A DNA stretch of 63,269 nucleotides, counting the filler, from a bacterium (lineage in GTDB: Bacteria > JBDRGX01), in assembly GCA_043817485.1 (NCBI GenBank). It is 5 parts of 5 records of this genome, joined end to end, with 100 filler letters (N's around TTAATTAATTAA, not from the genome) between each part and the next. Parts side by side here need not be neighbours in the genome. Positions count along the whole stretch, not along the records: positions 61,023 to 63,269 come from JBDRGX010000069.1; 4 more parts are not named here. The stretch is one strand, 5' to 3'. The first letter of the stretch is position 1; every line of letters starts with the position of its first letter. Below, piece after piece: positions 61,500 through 63,269 of the stretch. A program made the translations under genes and the position numbers. A model generated the notes under the pieces. That model was not told where the DNA came from and did no database searches. It worked only from the letters and a program-made list of their open reading frames with translations.

Positions 61500-63037
61500 T
61501 TTAATCTTTGTTGAAATTCTAATTTATTATTTGAAAATGTTTCTTTTATATTTTCAATAGCTTTTTTCATTTTTTTTTCTCTTGCTTTAGCAATATAAAA
61601 AAATGATTCATCTCTTGTTCCTTTTGTTATTAACATAATTAATTTTCCTTTACTTAATCTGGCAGTTCTTCCACTTCTTTGAATTGTTCTAATTGCAGAT
61701 GCAATTGGTTCATAAAAGATTACTGCATTAACTTCTGGAATATCCAATCCTTCTTCTGCAATACAAGTTGCACATAATATATTTATTTCTCCATCTGAAA
61801 ATTCTTGAATTATTTTTTTTTGTTCTTTTTGACTGAGTCCTCCGTTTTTTTTGTTTGCTTGTCCTACAAAAACTTTTGCATTTATTTTTTCAATTTCATT
61901 TAATTTTTTAGCAATTATTTGTGCAGTATCTCTAAATTGAGAAAAAATTATTATTTTAGAATTTGTATTTATTGTTTCTTTTTTAATTATTTCATAAATT
62001 TTATTTATTTTTGGATGTTCTTGTTTTTTAGATAATAATTCATTTGACCTCATAAAAATAAAATTAAATTCAGGTTTTTTAACTAGTTTTATAACTCCTT
62101 TACTTTGTTGTTTAGAAGCTTGTTCAAATAAATTTTTTAAATATTTATTAAAACCTTCAAGAGTTTGAGTTTCTAATAATTCTAAAGCATGTTGAATTTT
62201 TATTGCTTGTGCACAAGCACTTGCCCCTAACATATAATTATAATTTTTATTTCCTCTTGATAAAGTACTTGCAATTTTTTTTTGTAATATCAACAAACCT
62301 GTTTTTGAAGAAGGTCCAAAAAGAACTTTTCTATATCTTAATTCTTCTATATATTGATCTAAAATTTTTGTTAATACATGCCTCATTTCTTGAAATTCTA
62401 CAGGAAAATCTAAATTTATTTTTTCAAATTCTAATTCTTGTAAATATTTTTTTACATCTTCACTTTCTCTTGTTCTTAATTCTACTTCTTCAATTGAAAG
62501 ATTTTTACAAATTTCTTTTATTCTAGTTTCATCATTTCCAGGTGATGCAGTCATACCTATTATTCTTGGATTTAATGCTTGCATTTGATACATTTTAGAT
62601 AAATAATTATAATCATAATTTTTAACACATCGATGAGCTTCATCTTCAATTAATAAACAAACATCTGTTAAACTATAAAGATTTTTTTTAAGGTCATTTG
62701 CTATGCATTGAGGTGTTGAAAAAATAATATCTGAAGTTTTCCATATTTTTTTTCTTTGTTCTGGTTTTATTGCTCCTGTAAATAATTGTATATCTCCAAA
62801 TAATTCTGAAAGATGTTTTTTAAATGTAATAAGATGTTGTTCTGCTAATGGTTTTGTGGGAGCAACAAAAAGAACTTTTTCTCCTGGAAATTGTTTCATT
62901 CTTTGAATAGTTAACATTAAAGAGATTAATGTTTTTCCAAGTCCTGTTGGAAGTACAACTAAACAATTTTTTTCAATACATGTTTTAAATATTTTCTCCT
63001 GATATTCTCTAGGAGAAATTCCATTTAGAAATTCCAT
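61496..63037 (-). CDS. Hef/FANCM/Mph1-like SF2 helicase (archaeal type)
   Basis: PREYQ, LPTGLGKT, DEAHR, TASPG, FVGQ, EEGLDIP, IQRSGRTAR. Confidence 0.9.
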   Translation of the reverse strand: MEFLNGISPREYQEKIFKTCIEKNCLVVLPTGLGKTLISLMLTIQRMKQFPGEKVLFVAPTKPLAEQHLITFKKHLSELFGDIQLFTGAIKPEQRKKIWKTSDIIFSTPQCIANDLKKNLYSLTDVCLLIEDEAHRCVKNYDYNYLSKMYQMQALNPRIIGMTASPGNDETRIKEICKNLSIEEVELRTRESEDVKKYLQELEFEKINLDFPVEFQEMRHVLTKILDQYIEELRYRKVLFGPSSKTGLLILQKKIASTLSRGNKNYNYMLGASACAQAIKIQHALELLETQTLEGFNKYLKNLFEQASKQQSKGVIKLVKKPEFNFIFMRSNELLSKKQEHPKINKIYEIIKKETINTNSKIIIFSQFRDTAQIIAKKLNEIEKINAKVFVGQANKKNGGLSQKEQKKIIQEFSDGEINILCATCIAEEGLDIPEVNAVIFYEPIASAIRTIQRSGRTARLSKGKLIMLITKGTRDESFFYIAKAREKKMKKAIENIKETFSNNKLEFQQRLK

Positions 63038-63269
63038 TTAAATAACTAAGAAAGTATATCCTAGAGCAATTAAAGTTATTGTTGCTAAAAAGCTCCATAA
63101 GACCTTGCTTCCAAAAAAGATTTTATTTCCGTCTAAATTAGATATTGGAATCATATTAAAAAATGCAAACCAAATACTTAATTTTGCAAATTCTGAAAAG
63201 CCTATTAAATAAGCAAGGAAGGCGAATAAAAGATTTACAAAAATTCCTGCTGCAGCAATATATGCTATA
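63038..63269 (-). CDS. M50-like membrane metalloprotease C-terminus (5'-partial)
   Basis: Manual translation: IAAAGIFVNL...FNMIPISNLDGNKIF...; NxxPxxxLDG motif. Confidence 0.7.
   Translation of the reverse strand, partial: IAYIAAAGIFVNLLFAFLAYLIGFSEFAKLSIWFAFFNMIPISNLDGNKIFFGSKVLWSFLATITLIALGYTFLVI

Overview
Very AT-rich window made of five contigs joined by artificial N-TTAATTAATTAA-N linkers (3676-3775, 19712-19811, 33642-33741, 60923-61022), so adjacency across linkers is not biological. Contigs 1-4 look like a diderm, anaerobic bacterium, probably a candidate-phylum MAG. They carry housekeeping and envelope genes (TamB/Omp85, pyrF, membrane PPase, UvrD-nuclease, scpB, PBP1A, purC, oppBC, pheT, GldFG-like ABC parts, nfnAB, lolCE/lolA, rimO, pgpA, EndoQ, lysA, ispG, LarA-like, DtxR-feoAB), a tRNA-Thr/rpmG/tRNA-Trp/secE/nusG/rplKAJL/tRNA-Ala cluster lacking tuf and rpoBC, glycosyltransferases, and small higher-GC accessory insertions (RM genes, BRO-N, DUF1016 remnant, aspartyl protease, ArsM, DUF5714). 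Contig 5 looks archaeal (split Hef helicase + ERCC4 nuclease). Many genes are broken by single-base homopolymer slips, most likely sequencing errors. The most unusual signal is intergenic. A family of non-autonomous elements shares a CAGACTGTGTC...GACACAGTCTC terminal inverted repeat, sits at the centre of REP palindromes, and carries different interiors; two interior types contain NrdR-box-like pairs 31 bp apart. A tandem GACATTCT(AT)GTC palindrome array also sits directly against the RBS at two unrelated operon junctions.
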